A stretch of DNA of 62,828 nucleotides, filler included, from Rhabdomonas costata (taxonomy: Eukaryota): assembly GCA_019059605.1 (NCBI GenBank). It is 50 parts of 50 records of this genome, joined end to end, with 100 filler letters (N's around TTAATTAATTAA, not from the genome) between each part and the next. Parts side by side here need not be neighbours in the genome. Positions count along the whole stretch, not along the records: positions 36,515 to 37,672 come from JAHMHO010025768.1; positions 37,773 to 38,930 come from JAHMHO010025769.1; positions 39,031 to 40,188 come from JAHMHO010025770.1; positions 40,289 to 41,446 come from JAHMHO010025771.1; positions 41,547 to 42,704 come from JAHMHO010025772.1; positions 42,805 to 43,963 come from JAHMHO010025773.1; positions 44,064 to 45,221 come from JAHMHO010025774.1; positions 45,322 to 46,477 come from JAHMHO010025775.1; 42 more parts are not named here. One strand, 5' to 3'. The translations under genes were made by a program, and so were the position numbers. Shown here piece by piece: positions 36,764-48,200 of the stretch; position 1 is the first letter of the stretch, and each line of letters begins with the position of its first letter. A model generated the notes under the pieces. That model searched no databases. It saw nothing but the letters and a program-made list of their open reading frames with translations, and was not told the origin of the DNA.

Positions 36764-37498
36764 ATGACCCCCCGCGTGGCGGGGATGGTGGTGGTGACGG
36801 TGCTGTCCAACTTGGCGGGTCTCCCCGCAGCCGCCGTGCTGTACCGCCAGAGGAATATGGGTGCGCTTCTTCCTCCACCCACCCGTAGCCCACCATCAGG
36901 TCACCAGTTCACTGCTGCACCACACGCAATTGGTTTTGTTTGTTCTTCGAAGACGAAGTGTGATTTTTCCCATTTGCATTTTTCTTCATCATAATGTTGT
37001 TTTTTCGGGTCGTACTGGTGTCGCTGTCAGAGTTGTCATCCGATTTTGTGCAGTGCAGTGCGTCGCGCTTCGGCCGGACGTGCACCCAAAGCCTTGTTCA
37101 AGTTTTTCGAGTGTTTTTTATTTGAGCTTTCCCTATAGTCCTACGCTTGTTTGATACTTCCAATGCCATGGTACCCCTTGTCCAGCCAGCCAACCGAGCG
37201 TTCGGGTTGGCCTTCTTCGAATATCCAACAGTATTGCCCAGGAGCATGTTTCCTTCTGCGTGAATTGTTCTCACTGTTCAATTAGTCCTGCATTCTGCAT
37301 CGCGGTCTCGACTCCGTATTTTGTTTGACGCGTGCTTGAGTTTCCGGGCATTTGCTGCTGACCTTGCTTCCCTGTGTGGGATGTGCAGACTTTGAGCTCT
37401 TCCTCTGCCTGGGGACCTTTGTGACGAGCATGTGCTACCACCTTTGCGAGAGCCTGGGCACCAGCCTGTGGCTCACGGAGGTGCAATGGCACCGCCTG
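36764..37498 (+). CDS. TMEM8/myomaker/PGAP6-like (DUF3522, CREST superfamily) membrane protein, two exons (36764-36860, 37389-37498), partial
   Basis: VTVLSNLAGLPAAAVLYRQRNM-D-FELFLCLGTFVTSMCYHLCESLGTSLWLTEVQWHRL. Shows LSNLxxLP and SxxYHxCx motifs. The 528-bp GT-AG intron is phase 1. Confidence 0.7.
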
Positions 37499-37519
37499 GT
37501 ACGGGAGTTGAGGGTGGTA

Positions 37520-37664
37520 TTCCTGTTGTGTACAGAAGGAAATGGAGTGCACCGTTCCTCGTGGGCAGGGCAGGGCTGCACTCTTTTCTATGTGGAAAAC
37601 GAAGGCAGCCCTGCCCTGCCCACGAGGAACGGTCCACTCCATTTACTTCTGTACACAACAGGAA
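37520..37664. repeat. Contig-end inverted repeat, 60-bp arms, 2 mismatches
   Basis: 37520-37579 pairs with 37605-37664. The contig ends at 37672. Confidence 0.88.
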
Positions 37665-40314
37665 ACCACCACNNNNNNNNNNNNNNNNNNNNNNNNNNNN
37701 NNNNNNNNNNNNNNNNTTAATTAATTAANNNNNNNNNNNNNNNNNNNNNNNNNNNNNNNNNNNNNNNNNNNNGCTACAGCTCACGAAGGACTGCAAGTTG
37801 AAACCAAGAAGTCAGGTTCTGAACTGATGCAAGATGAGGAGGACAAGATGAGAATCGGCCACATCTCAACTAAACTGCGACCACGAAAAGTCAAGCCCGA
37901 GTGATCAGAATACAAGCGGAATCAAAATTGGTGGCGACAAGTGGTGTAGCACCACACTACACGGGTATCGACTGCCACAAAGGCAGTAATGGATCGAGGC
38001 TTGCGCCAGCCTTCGCACGACTTGTGTTTGGCGCGCCCGGCTTCGACCGATTTATCCAATTAGAGGAAAGTTGGGGTGGCCTTGAGACTCGGACTCGAGA
38101 GATCACGAAGCAACTCTGGGCTCACTGGGCCGGCCAAAGATGTCAGAGGGAGCGTCCTAACCTCAAGTTGAAGCCCCGAAGGCTGCGAGCCAGGGCACCT
38201 CCAAAGCGTCATCACCGCCTCCAAAAGTGACTGCGATGTGCAGTGACCATCGGAATGTGAAGCGGTACCTGAATGAGTACAATATAGCAATAGGCACACA
38301 TATGCATACTAGTTTTGCTTTCGTGCTTGCTTTTTTATAAGCTCACAACCCTAACCCTTAATCACTGCAACCTTCTTCAAACAAACGGTCTCGACACACA
38401 TGCTGTGCTCCCCCCCCACACACACACCTCACACAGTTTTCTGTCAATCAGCAGTTCAGATGTAGCTCCTCGCACTACTGCGTCTCTTCCCACAACCGCG
38501 AACCGTGACGGGTTGTCAAAAAATGCTTCGGGTGTAAAGCTTTTTGTTGGTGCTCCAGCACTGTGCCAGCAACAGTGGCGCGAAAGTTCAAGAGTAGTAG
38601 AAAGAAAAAGAAGCGGAAGCGGAGGTGAAGTGCACAAAAAGAAAGGTTTTGGAAGTAAAGGCGGTCACTTAGATGTTGGATGGGGGGTCAACCTCACTTT
38701 TGCACACACATGCATACACACAAACTAACACACGCAACAGCACGCTAACGCAACACATTAACATATAGGAAACAGAGAATACCACACTCAATGTCAAGAA
38801 ACAACTGGCAAAAAAAACAGCTGCATACCAGTAGTTGCTGGCCGCCTCACCACAACCTCCGCGAGAACCACCGCCTTCGCCACGGTGCCTGCCACCCGCG
38901 CTGCCCGAGTTGCCTCCCGCCATGACAAGGNNNNNNNNNNNNNNNNNNNNNNNNNNNNNNNNNNNNNNNNNNNNTTAATTAATTAANNNNNNNNNNNNNN
39001 NNNNNNNNNNNNNNNNNNNNNNNNNNNNNNGGGTTGGTTTTTCGTGTGGTGGTTGCTCTTTCGTCTCACCAAAGCGTGCTTGGGAGGCGAGAAAAAAAGA
39101 AAGGGAATGTCTACCGGTCTTTCCGTGTTCCTTCTCATCCTTCAAAGCATTTCTGAGCTGCTGGAGCGCTGCCTGTTCTCCCCGGGAAGGCGGCGCAAGC
39201 TCTCCGTGGCCTTCTTTCGGGGCTTGACCCTTGACCTGGTGGCTTCGCTGGGTGAGCCCTCATCCCCGGCCTCTGCAACGGCGGCGGAACTGCCCCGCAC
39301 CCACGAGCAGCCCAAGCTACAGCCTACCCAGGGCCCTCTGGTGCTGAAGGAGAAGGCTCCGGTGTGCGACTGTATGTAGGGTTTCATACCAATGGTTGTC
39401 GGAAAGCATGTTGGGGGTGGTCCGCAATGCCACTAATTGATGGAAGTGCTGCTGGGATGGACTTTTTTAGTGGCTGATTGTTTTGAATGTGGTTGTGGTT
39501 GGGCGATGTAGGAAAAGTGGAAAGAATTATCTTCCATCTTCCTCATCGTGGAGTCAACTTAATAGTGCTCCAGAGGGACATGGGGTCCGTCGTTTCTTTT
39601 GACTTGCGGCTTTTCCATCATATTTTTGACAGCTTTTTTTGCCCTTTACTCACTGTTGTAGGTCGCGGCCAGTGCTTCTGATGAGGAGGACGAGTCCACT
39701 GCCTCTCCAGAGATTCCCAACTCACGCTCCGCCATTATCTTTCCCAAGGCGCGTGCGCTTCCGGCGCTCACCACCTCCCATCTCCCATCCTCTCTCTGTC
39801 TCTCTCTGTGTATTGCGTAGCTGTGTGTGGTTTGCTCCGATGGGATGTTTGCAGTTGCGAGCTACAGCTCTTTGTCGGTGGCCGCGGCGGAGCCCCACAT
39901 CCTTCCGTTGAGTGGAAGGCCGCTCACTTTTTTCAGCCCTCCGAGCGCAACACCTGACACTAAGCGGTGCACCCAAACGTGAAGCGACCAGGAGCGGATA
40001 CAAATTTGAAACTCCGCTAAAGCAGAAAACCTCTTGGTGCGATTGTGCTGTACGTGTGCGTGTGGGTGTGCGTGTGCGTAGAGATCCCCTGAGTTGCTCC
40101 ATGAAGAGGGCACACCCGAACCCCGGCCGCCACCCACCAGCACTTTCCCGGAGCCCCCGCAGTTGTCCCAGGAAGTGCCCACCCCCACNNNNNNNNNNNN
40201 NNNNNNNNNNNNNNNNNNNNNNNNNNNNNNNNTTAATTAATTAANNNNNNNNNNNNNNNNNNNNNNNNNNNNNNNNNNNNNNNNNNNNTTTTTTGGGGAG
40301 CAACCACCACCTGG

Positions 40315-41446
40315 TGGGTACAGGATCGCTTGGCACCACTCCTTCCCCTGGACCTCCAGGTGGTGGTTGCTCTCCAGAAAACCAAGCTCTCGACACTTCC
40401 CCTGGAGGCAGCGCGAGGCGCACTTCGTCGCCGGGGCTGGACATTGCACCACGGCCACCTGGTGCCAGCCACCAGAGCGGGCATTCACGGAGACCACTGT
40501 GGTGTCGGTTTCGTCACCGCTCCTGGTGTCGCGGTATCTCCGCTCCTGCCCCGTGGTCTGGATTGGCGTCGCCTCCACGCCATGGCGCGGGTCCACGAGA
40601 TCGAGGTCCCCCCTCGGTTGGACCTTCCTCTCGGCCTACGGCTCTTCTCGCTTTACGCACCCCTCGCGCGGGACTTGGGATTCCGGCAAGCGTTCCTGGG
40701 TGAGTTGTTGTCCCTGGTGTCGTCGCTGGATCTCCAGGTCCCCGCGCTGCTCATGGGGGACTTCAATGGATCCGTGGATCCCAACCGGGACTACAGCACC
40801 GGCGAGCAGCGGCGGGTATGCCCCGTCATTACCCGCCTCCTAGGGCCGGGCGGTCCGTTCATTGACCTCCAACGTGCCCGGGGGCGCTGCCACCTTCCGA
40901 TTGGCCCGCGCAGATGGTTCCACGTGGTGGTCCCGCTGTGATCTCGTCATGGGCTCGCAATCCGCCCTTCACTTGGTTGCCACTGTGTTCCCGCTTCCGG
41001 GGTCATGGATGGCGGCCACTACCAGGTGGTGGTTGGATTGCGGCTCCCCTTGGTCTTTCCTGGTATGCTCCCCGCCCCCGTTTGCCTTCTACTGGGGCCG
41101 TTGGAGCTCCGAGAGTCGGCGGAATGTAACGCCCTGCTCGCGCGCTGGCAGCTTCATCCCGCCTTCCTGGCCATGTTACGGTTTTCGGCCTCGGCATCGG
41201 GTGCGCACCGCTCCTCCGCAATTTCGGAGGCTCTCGAAGCGCTCGTCCACGAGGCGGGAGGGCGCCGCCAACGTCCGGTGGCCGTCCCCACACAACCTGC
41301 CTATGCACCCTCAGAGGTCCGGCACATTCGGCGATCGATGGACCTCCTCGGCCGCTCCAGCTCGCTGCTTCGCCGCAAAACTGTGGTAGGGAGCTTCTCC
41401 CACGCACTGCTGTCCGTCCTTGCCGACCTCCGCCGCCGTATGCTCC
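40315..41446 (+). mobile_element. Non-LTR retrotransposon (LINE) ORF2 APE endonuclease, degenerate
   Basis: VALQKTKL (QETK altered), CGVGFV, LFSLYAP, LLMGDFNG, TFR...SRCDLVM, DGGH. Frameshifts near 40880 and 41000. Homologous to 59930-60315. Confidence 0.88.
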
Positions 41447-42120
41447 NNNNNNNNNNNNNNNNNNNNNNNNNNNNNNNNNNNNNNNNNNNNTTAATTAATT
41501 AANNNNNNNNNNNNNNNNNNNNNNNNNNNNNNNNNNNNNNNNNNNNAAAGAAAACGAGATCTCCAATTTGAAAAAAAAACGAATATCCCGGTTACAGCCC
41601 GTCGGCGGTCCGATCAATTACCCCCCGTAGAAAACAAGCGCAAGAGAGATTGGGGGCAGGGAGTAGCTGCCCAGGTGACAAACGACAGATTAAGGGGATA
41701 AACATGATAAAAAGGATAAACAAACGACTACTGGAATCGTTAGTAACCGTCCACGCCCGCTGCACCGCGCATCCAACACCCCTACACACTTTCCATACGA
41801 ACAGCCACTCCCCTATCCCTCCCACTGCTGTAATCTTACATGATCAAAAAAGCAAGCAGCACTCCCTTGCCCAAAACGGGGTGTGACCAACTTCCTTGCT
41901 TGCCTCGCTTGGGCAGCGCCCATGCAATGCAGCACGAAAGTTTGGACGCTGGGTGCACCTCCCCAGTAACAAGCGACAGATGATATGACGGCAAGATCGA
42001 CCGATAAACGTAAAATGCCAATCATTCCAGGTTAGGTTAAACCTTCATGGATAGATAAACGTGGGGCAAATAAAACGGGAAAGAAAAGGTGGGAGAAAAA
42101 AGTAGGAAGCCGCAACGCAC

Positions 42121-42552
42121 CAGGCTGCAGCCATTGCTCCGAAAGAAGCTCCGAACAAGAGGGACGATGGTCGGCCACGTGACGGAGGCATCGCTTCACC
42201 AACTGCACTAGACCCGAAGGGAGATTATGCTCAGCGCTCTGGGGAAGCAGCTTCTCGGCGCTTACGTTGCGGACCAGAGCCTGCAATTCGATGCGGTCGC
42301 CGCAGTAATAGTCTGGAAGTTTACCCGTGGTCAAAACCATGGCAAGCACCCCAAAGCTCCACATATCAAAGGAAGGCTGCACGGAAGGAGACGACTGGTC
42401 TACAACCTCGGGAGGCATGTAGGCCGGTGTGCCCGAATGCCCCAGAGGCGCTCCGCTGAGCTGTGAGACCCCGAAGTCAGCCAGCTTGACGACCCCAGAG
42501 GATGAAAGAAGAACGTTGGCTGGCTTCAAGTCCAAGTGCACCACGACTGGGT
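42121..42552 (-). CDS. Ser/Thr protein kinase C-lobe exon (subdomains VIb-XI)
   Basis: VVHLDLKPANVLL, VKLADFGVS, GTPAYMPPEV, DMWSFGVL, CL...HRPSCSELL. Likely bounded by a tgcaaag acceptor and a gtgcgt donor. Confidence 0.93.
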
Positions 42553-43599
42553 CTTTGCAACAACAAAAATCAAGTCCGAGGGCATGCAAAAAAACCTTGC
42601 AAGCCTCATGCCTCGGCACATCAAATACCAATTTTTTCACGAAAGCAACACCAGCAGCAGCAGCAGCAACAACAACAACTGGCATGCCCGAATACACAAA
42701 AAAANNNNNNNNNNNNNNNNNNNNNNNNNNNNNNNNNNNNNNNNNNNNTTAATTAATTAANNNNNNNNNNNNNNNNNNNNNNNNNNNNNNNNNNNNNNNN
42801 NNNNGTGGGGGTCCAAAGTGCCCTTTTTGACCACCTGCGTCTAGTTCTTAGAGCTGCAGTTTTGGCAAGCTGCATCAGCTCAAGTGTGTGTGTGTGTGTG
42901 TGTGGGTATTTTAGGCGTGCTACCCGCACTTCTTCCGCAGAACGACCAATGTGTGTTTGAGGGAACTTGGTTGCATCTTGAAAGGAAGGAAGTCTGTTGC
43001 GCATAGGATAAGAGAGTAAGCACAAAAAAGGTTAGCGAGGGAAGTGCGCTTAGGTAAAACGAGACCATTCATGATCTTGCAGTGTGTTGCCTTGACTCTC
43101 AATGTAAATGTGGTAAATGTACAAAAACCCGCAACAGATTAACAGATTGAAATACCGCATCCACAAACGTGAAATTAATCTACCCTACATTAGTTTTCTT
43201 CCTCTTTCCTCCATTCCGAGAAGAGCAGGTCTAAACGACAAAAAATGACAACGCTTAGTAAGTCACGCATCGAAACAAGAGAAGGACTGAAAAAGGCAAA
43301 CTTCACGCAGAAGCAGAACCAAAACCTTAGCCATCGGCATCTTCCCACCCATCGGCAGATCCGCATTGGAGGAGAGCACCCTGGCAAATTCGCTCATCTG
43401 TCCACGGGAGGGGGTGGGGGACGCAAGCGAAGACACCCAACTAAATCTGAATTCTCGAGCAAAAATGGTGAGTGGCGAGTACTCATTCCACCTGGGATTG
43501 TAGTGGGATGGGGGATAGCCGCTTTGGAGCACCCTACCACGCCCAGGAACGTTGCTGGGCAAAAAGCGCGCACATAAACACTCCCAAACATACAGGAAC

Positions 43600-43710
43600 C
43601 TCGGAGGCAGCAGACGTCCACTGTGAAGCCCTTGGCAGGGCATGTCCTTGTGATGAAGGGGTTGTAGCCCTCAGGGCAGTTCAGGCTGAGGCAAGGGAAG
43701 CTGGGGTTGG
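43600..43710 (-). CDS. Cysteine-rich module exon (111 nt, phase 1-1)
   Basis: ccccgcag|...|gttcct gives NPSFPCLSLNCPEGYNPFITRTCPAKGFTVDVCCLR, a CxxxxCPxGY...C.........CC pattern. Confidence 0.5.
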
Positions 43711-44428
43711 CTGCGGGGAGACACAGCAGAGAGGACGAAGAGCACAGTGAAAATTTCAGGTGTGGATAAGGCATAGGCACAGAAGTTCTTGCAGCGGAGT
43801 TCAGCAACAAACGGACAATCTACAAGAAGGAACACAAAAAGATGTGAAGGGGGAAGCAAAAGACAAAAACTGAGTGAAACTGGAAAGAGAAATCGAAGAT
43901 TGCGAAGACGGGGACAAAAAGAGGGCGCAGCAGTAGTCTGTGAGGAGTGCAAAGGAGGATAAANNNNNNNNNNNNNNNNNNNNNNNNNNNNNNNNNNNNN
44001 NNNNNNNTTAATTAATTAANNNNNNNNNNNNNNNNNNNNNNNNNNNNNNNNNNNNNNNNNNNNGGGGGGTGTGGCACTACGTGAAAGCACAACTGCTGGT
44101 GCATTCACGTAGTGCCCCACCCGCCACCGTGCATACGTTTACAAGACGGAAGAGTCGCACCCTTGCTTGATCACTTCAAGCAGACATCTCGTCCTGCCTT
44201 CTCACGTCGCACCCACTGTTGGGCGCGTTCAGGTTGCGCTCGCTTGTTGGACGCACCCGCTCTTTGTGGCACTGATGATACACCCAGTTTCGGAGGAGTG
44301 GGTGGTGGGTAGTGGGATCGTCTTCCGTCCCCCTGCCTTCTCAAAAGGAGACTGGTCGGAGGCTCCCGCTCTATGGCCAACTTCACCCTCAGCACCCGCT
44401 CTTCTTTCGTGCTTAGCAAGGATGCCGT

Positions 44429-44510
44429 TCAGGACTGGCGACAACAAAAAATGAAAAAAAAACTTCCCGGAGGGACTTCCCGCCACCCCAATGATGGGCT
44501 CGCCATTTTG
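44429..44510 (-). repeat. Dispersed ~80-bp repeat, copy 1
   Basis: The reverse complement caaaatggcgagcccatcattggggtggcgggaagtccctccggg...ttttgttgtcgccagtcctga aligns to 58718-58796. Confidence 0.8.
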
Positions 44511-44757
44511 TAAATCAAAATTGAAAAAAATTGATCAGGCTGACCTCGTGAATGCCAGCGAAGAAGCCGAACTTGAACTCCTGCCAGGCATTCGTCGTCG
44601 TCATATCAGGGAACTCGCCCTGGCGATTAGCAAAAAGCCGACACTGACACAAAATTCTCTGAAAGACACTGCCACTAACGTCCACACACCCGTCACGCGG
44701 CATTCCCCACCACCCGACACCATTCTTCAAATTAATCACAAGGAAGGGATTGAGTGA
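44491..44757 (+). other. Possible helix-hairpin-helix-like coding relic
   Basis: DLVNASEEAELELLPGIRRRHIREL resembles the HhH pattern xNxAxxxELxxLPGIG. It overlaps the dispersed repeat and is antisense to the FkbH-like exon. Confidence 0.2.
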
Positions 44758-44951
44758 GAATATCCCTCCCCCGATTACCTTCGGGGTGCCCTCAAAACGC
44801 GTAGCAGCGGCAACCATTGAGTTGCAGTGGCAAGTGCAACCACAACAACGGGCCCCCAGGCCATCGTTTGCTTGTGAGCCCGGGGGGCATGGTGAGGGGA
44901 CACGAATGATTGGTGGATTGGTTTGGGTTGGAGAGAGAGGACGGTGTCAAC

Positions 44952-45082
44952 CTCTCCGGCCACCCCGGGCCACAAGGTATTGTCGAGGTCCACCACGATG
45001 CACTTGATAGCCCGGTTGCCCCTCCACATAATGTACTGGTCCATGTATTCCTTGATCAGCAGCTTTACACCGTAGTAGTCTC
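44952..45082 (-). CDS. FkbH-like HAD subfamily IIIC domain exon (131 nt)
   Basis: cgtcacag|...|gttgac gives DYYGVKLLIKEYMDQYIMWRGNRAIKCIVVDLDNTLWPGVAGE. KCxVxDLDNTLWxGVxGE is the FkbH motif I. Confidence 0.75.
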
Positions 45083-45109
45083 CTGTGACGAGAGCAATGA
45101 TGCTGGAGC

Positions 45110-45213
45110 GGAACTAAAGGAAGATATATAAACTTGTGCTCATTTGATGCTTCGTGATTGGGGATTTATGCTTTTACAAATGGGCACAAGTTTATATATC
45201 TTCCTTTAGTTCC
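45110..45213. repeat. Contig-end inverted repeat, 37-bp arms, 1 mismatch
   Basis: 45110-45146 pairs with 45177-45213. Confidence 0.88.
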
Positions 45214-48200
45214 CCCCCAACNNNNNNNNNNNNNNNNNNNNNNNNNNNNNNNNNNNNNNNNNNNNTTAATTAATTAANNNNNNNNNNNNNNNNNNNNNNN
45301 NNNNNNNNNNNNNNNNNNNNNTTGTTGTTGTTTCTGTACTAAGCAGTGCATCTAAGTGCATTTAAGTGCATTTATGCCCCCCCCCCTCCAGCATAAATGC
45401 ACTTGATCGCAGCCCGGGAAGTATAAATGCACCAGTGCCCGAGCAAACCCACAACGGCAACCACATTTAATGACAAAAGGAGCACACAAGGCATGCACAA
45501 AGCTAACCCGTGCGCCCCTAGGACGCATAAACCTTCGTCAGTACGAGCCTCTGCGCGGGGTCATCGCCTCGGAAACGGCTCTTGCGTCGTCGAAGAAGCT
45601 CTGGTTTCGGCTCACCCGCAGGCCGCCGGCTACTTTCCTGAGTACGCCACCACCACCACCACAACCACCAATACACTAGGATGCCGAAAAACTGCAGCAC
45701 AGAGTATCAAAACTTCGTCAATTCTTGGAAGGGACCGCGGCTGCAACGAAGAACAAGTAAATAATTGAAACACTGACATGAAAACACACAGTACAAATAA
45801 AGGCACCCCCTCCTCCCCACACCAATGCAGGGAGTTGGCGCACCTTTTCAATATTTTCCGCAAATCGAGGAACCCGAAGATCCTCGTCCTAAAGAACCCC
45901 CAACAAAACCCCATGCAGTGTCAAGTTGCCTCATATGAAAAACAGCGAAGGCTGCTAAATGCGGCATTATACACGTGGAACCACGAAACCAAGGGTCCAG
46001 ACAAACGGAAACCGTGTTTGCGGGGTTACACGAGAAAAGCTGCGCTTACGAAAGCGAGAGCAGATGGAAGAGGGAAAAAGCCCTTACCCGGTACAAACCT
46101 TGTCTCCGTCGCGGGGAAACGATGCCGAGAGGCTAGAGCGGTGGGTGGGAGTTGCGGATGGCTTGCCCGGCATCCCGCCGTCCACCGACGAGACCATAGA
46201 GGGAGTCAGGGACAGGGACTCATCCTATGACCCAGAGCAGCAGAACCACCGCCCTCTGCTTGCAGAACAGAGGATGCAAAAGTTATCCTTCCGCGTCAGT
46301 CAACTCAGTAAAGTAAATGGCAAAGGCCGTTTCGAATTCCTAAAATCACGTAGAAAAGGGGTTAATATTCAAGATCTCTTTATTCTCATGAAGATGAGGC
46401 TTACCCTTTCTTTCTGCCGTCACAACCCCAAGTTTCTACCTGTACATTCAGTGGGGCACCCAGCCTACCCCCAAAACNNNNNNNNNNNNNNNNNNNNNNN
46501 NNNNNNNNNNNNNNNNNNNNNTTAATTAATTAANNNNNNNNNNNNNNNNNNNNNNNNNNNNNNNNNNNNNNNNNNNNTAGTGCACCTCACTCTCTTGCTG
46601 TGACCCCACTTTTGCGGTCAGTATTGGATTGCAGAAGTGCGCTGCTGGAGGTGTCTGTTGCTGGCATCCCCATACGTCTGTCGCTGCCGTTTTGACCGAG
46701 GCTGTCCCCAACCGCTGTCCATTCGTGCCTGGAATTTCCTACAGGGGGATCAGGCGGCCACGATGCGGAACCTGGACTTGAGCGCCCTGTGGACCCTTCT
46801 CGCAGCTGTGAGCCCCCGACAGTTGGTTTGTAGCGTATTTCCCCGTTTTGTGTGTCCAGTTGTCTCCCTGCCGTTGTGTCCTTCCTTGGCATCTCTGCTC
46901 TTGTGGTTTTTTCGTGAGACTGTCTCTATCTGCCCGCACTCTATGTTCTTGCGGGGAGCAAACCGCTCTGATACCCAAACGCAAACAAGTCAGAAAGTCA
47001 AAATGCCGAAGCGCACGGGTCCTTTCTTGACCACCAAAAAGAAAACTTCCGCCAGAGTTTATCTTTCGGGGTATTTTGAAGGGCGGGAGATGGGGGTAGG
47101 GTGTCGCGCGCTGCAGGAGGGGTCCACGGTTTCCACGCTGCTGAGCATCCTACCTGCTGAGTACAGAAGCAGATCTCCCCAGGTCAGCCTTGCTGTAATT
47201 CCAGACAACCCCCCCTCACTTATTGCGCTTCCTTTTCGGTCACCCGCCTTTTGCTTCACCCACCTCTGTGTGCATGCGTGCGAGTGTTTGTTTCGTTTTC
47301 TCGTTGACTGCGTTCGTGTGTATGTGTGTGGGGACCGTGGCAGCACGGGAGCACGACACCGCGTGCTAGGGTTCCTCTATTTAGGGTCTCCATTGCTTGT
47401 GCAACCTTCAGCTTTCTTTATCTGAAGCTCAATTTGTGGGAAAATCTTGTGCTCCTGCAAGGACCACAGCCATTGCTACTGCCGCTTCCATGCATGGTGT
47501 TAAGCCGGAATCTATCCAGTGTGAACCTTTCTGCCATTGCGCAGACGCCGCCGCCCGAGACTCCCCCTCATCCGAGCGACGAGTGTGGCGGTGGCGAGGC
47601 CCCTGGCCGCCGAAGCTCCTGTGCTATCCCGTGCACTGAACCAGCGGGGACTACCAAGGTGCCTGAGGTGCCTTCAGAGAGAAGAAGGACGAGCAGCGGT
47701 ACTCCCCTCGCAGAAACGCACCCGCCAACCACAAANNNNNNNNNNNNNNNNNNNNNNNNNNNNNNNNNNNNNNNNNNNNTTAATTAATTAANNNNNNNNN
47801 NNNNNNNNNNNNNNNNNNNNNNNNNNNNNNNNNNNGTGTGGGTGTGTTTGGTGGTGGTGTGGCCAGGGCGATTGCGGGAGCGAGAGAACGGTGCACGGCC
47901 GTCAGTGTCAAAGGGGGTCAGGTTGCGGTCCGTGCTGGCGGTGGAAGCCGGGCCACGCGCCGGGGTGGAGAAGCCCAAAAAGCAAACCGAGTGGGGCCAG
48001 AGACGGATGGAGGCAGGGAAAGAGAGGGAACGTCGAAAAGGGAGACCGTAGCCGGTTTCGATGTTAGTTTTTTGCAGTCTTTGGGTTGATTATCGGAACG
48101 GTAAGAGTTCTCTCCCTCCTCTTTGTGTGTGAAGGCGGATGACAGCTGACAGATAATGGCGTGCTTGTGCTGTCGAGTGGCCTGACGGGGTGGGGACCGG

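Noticed and set aside
46637..47425. 262-aa ORF as a single CDS
   Set aside because: It reads through T-rich and (TG)n intron-like sequence. At most it contains short exons (about 46745-46807 and 47117-47182) of an unidentified gene.
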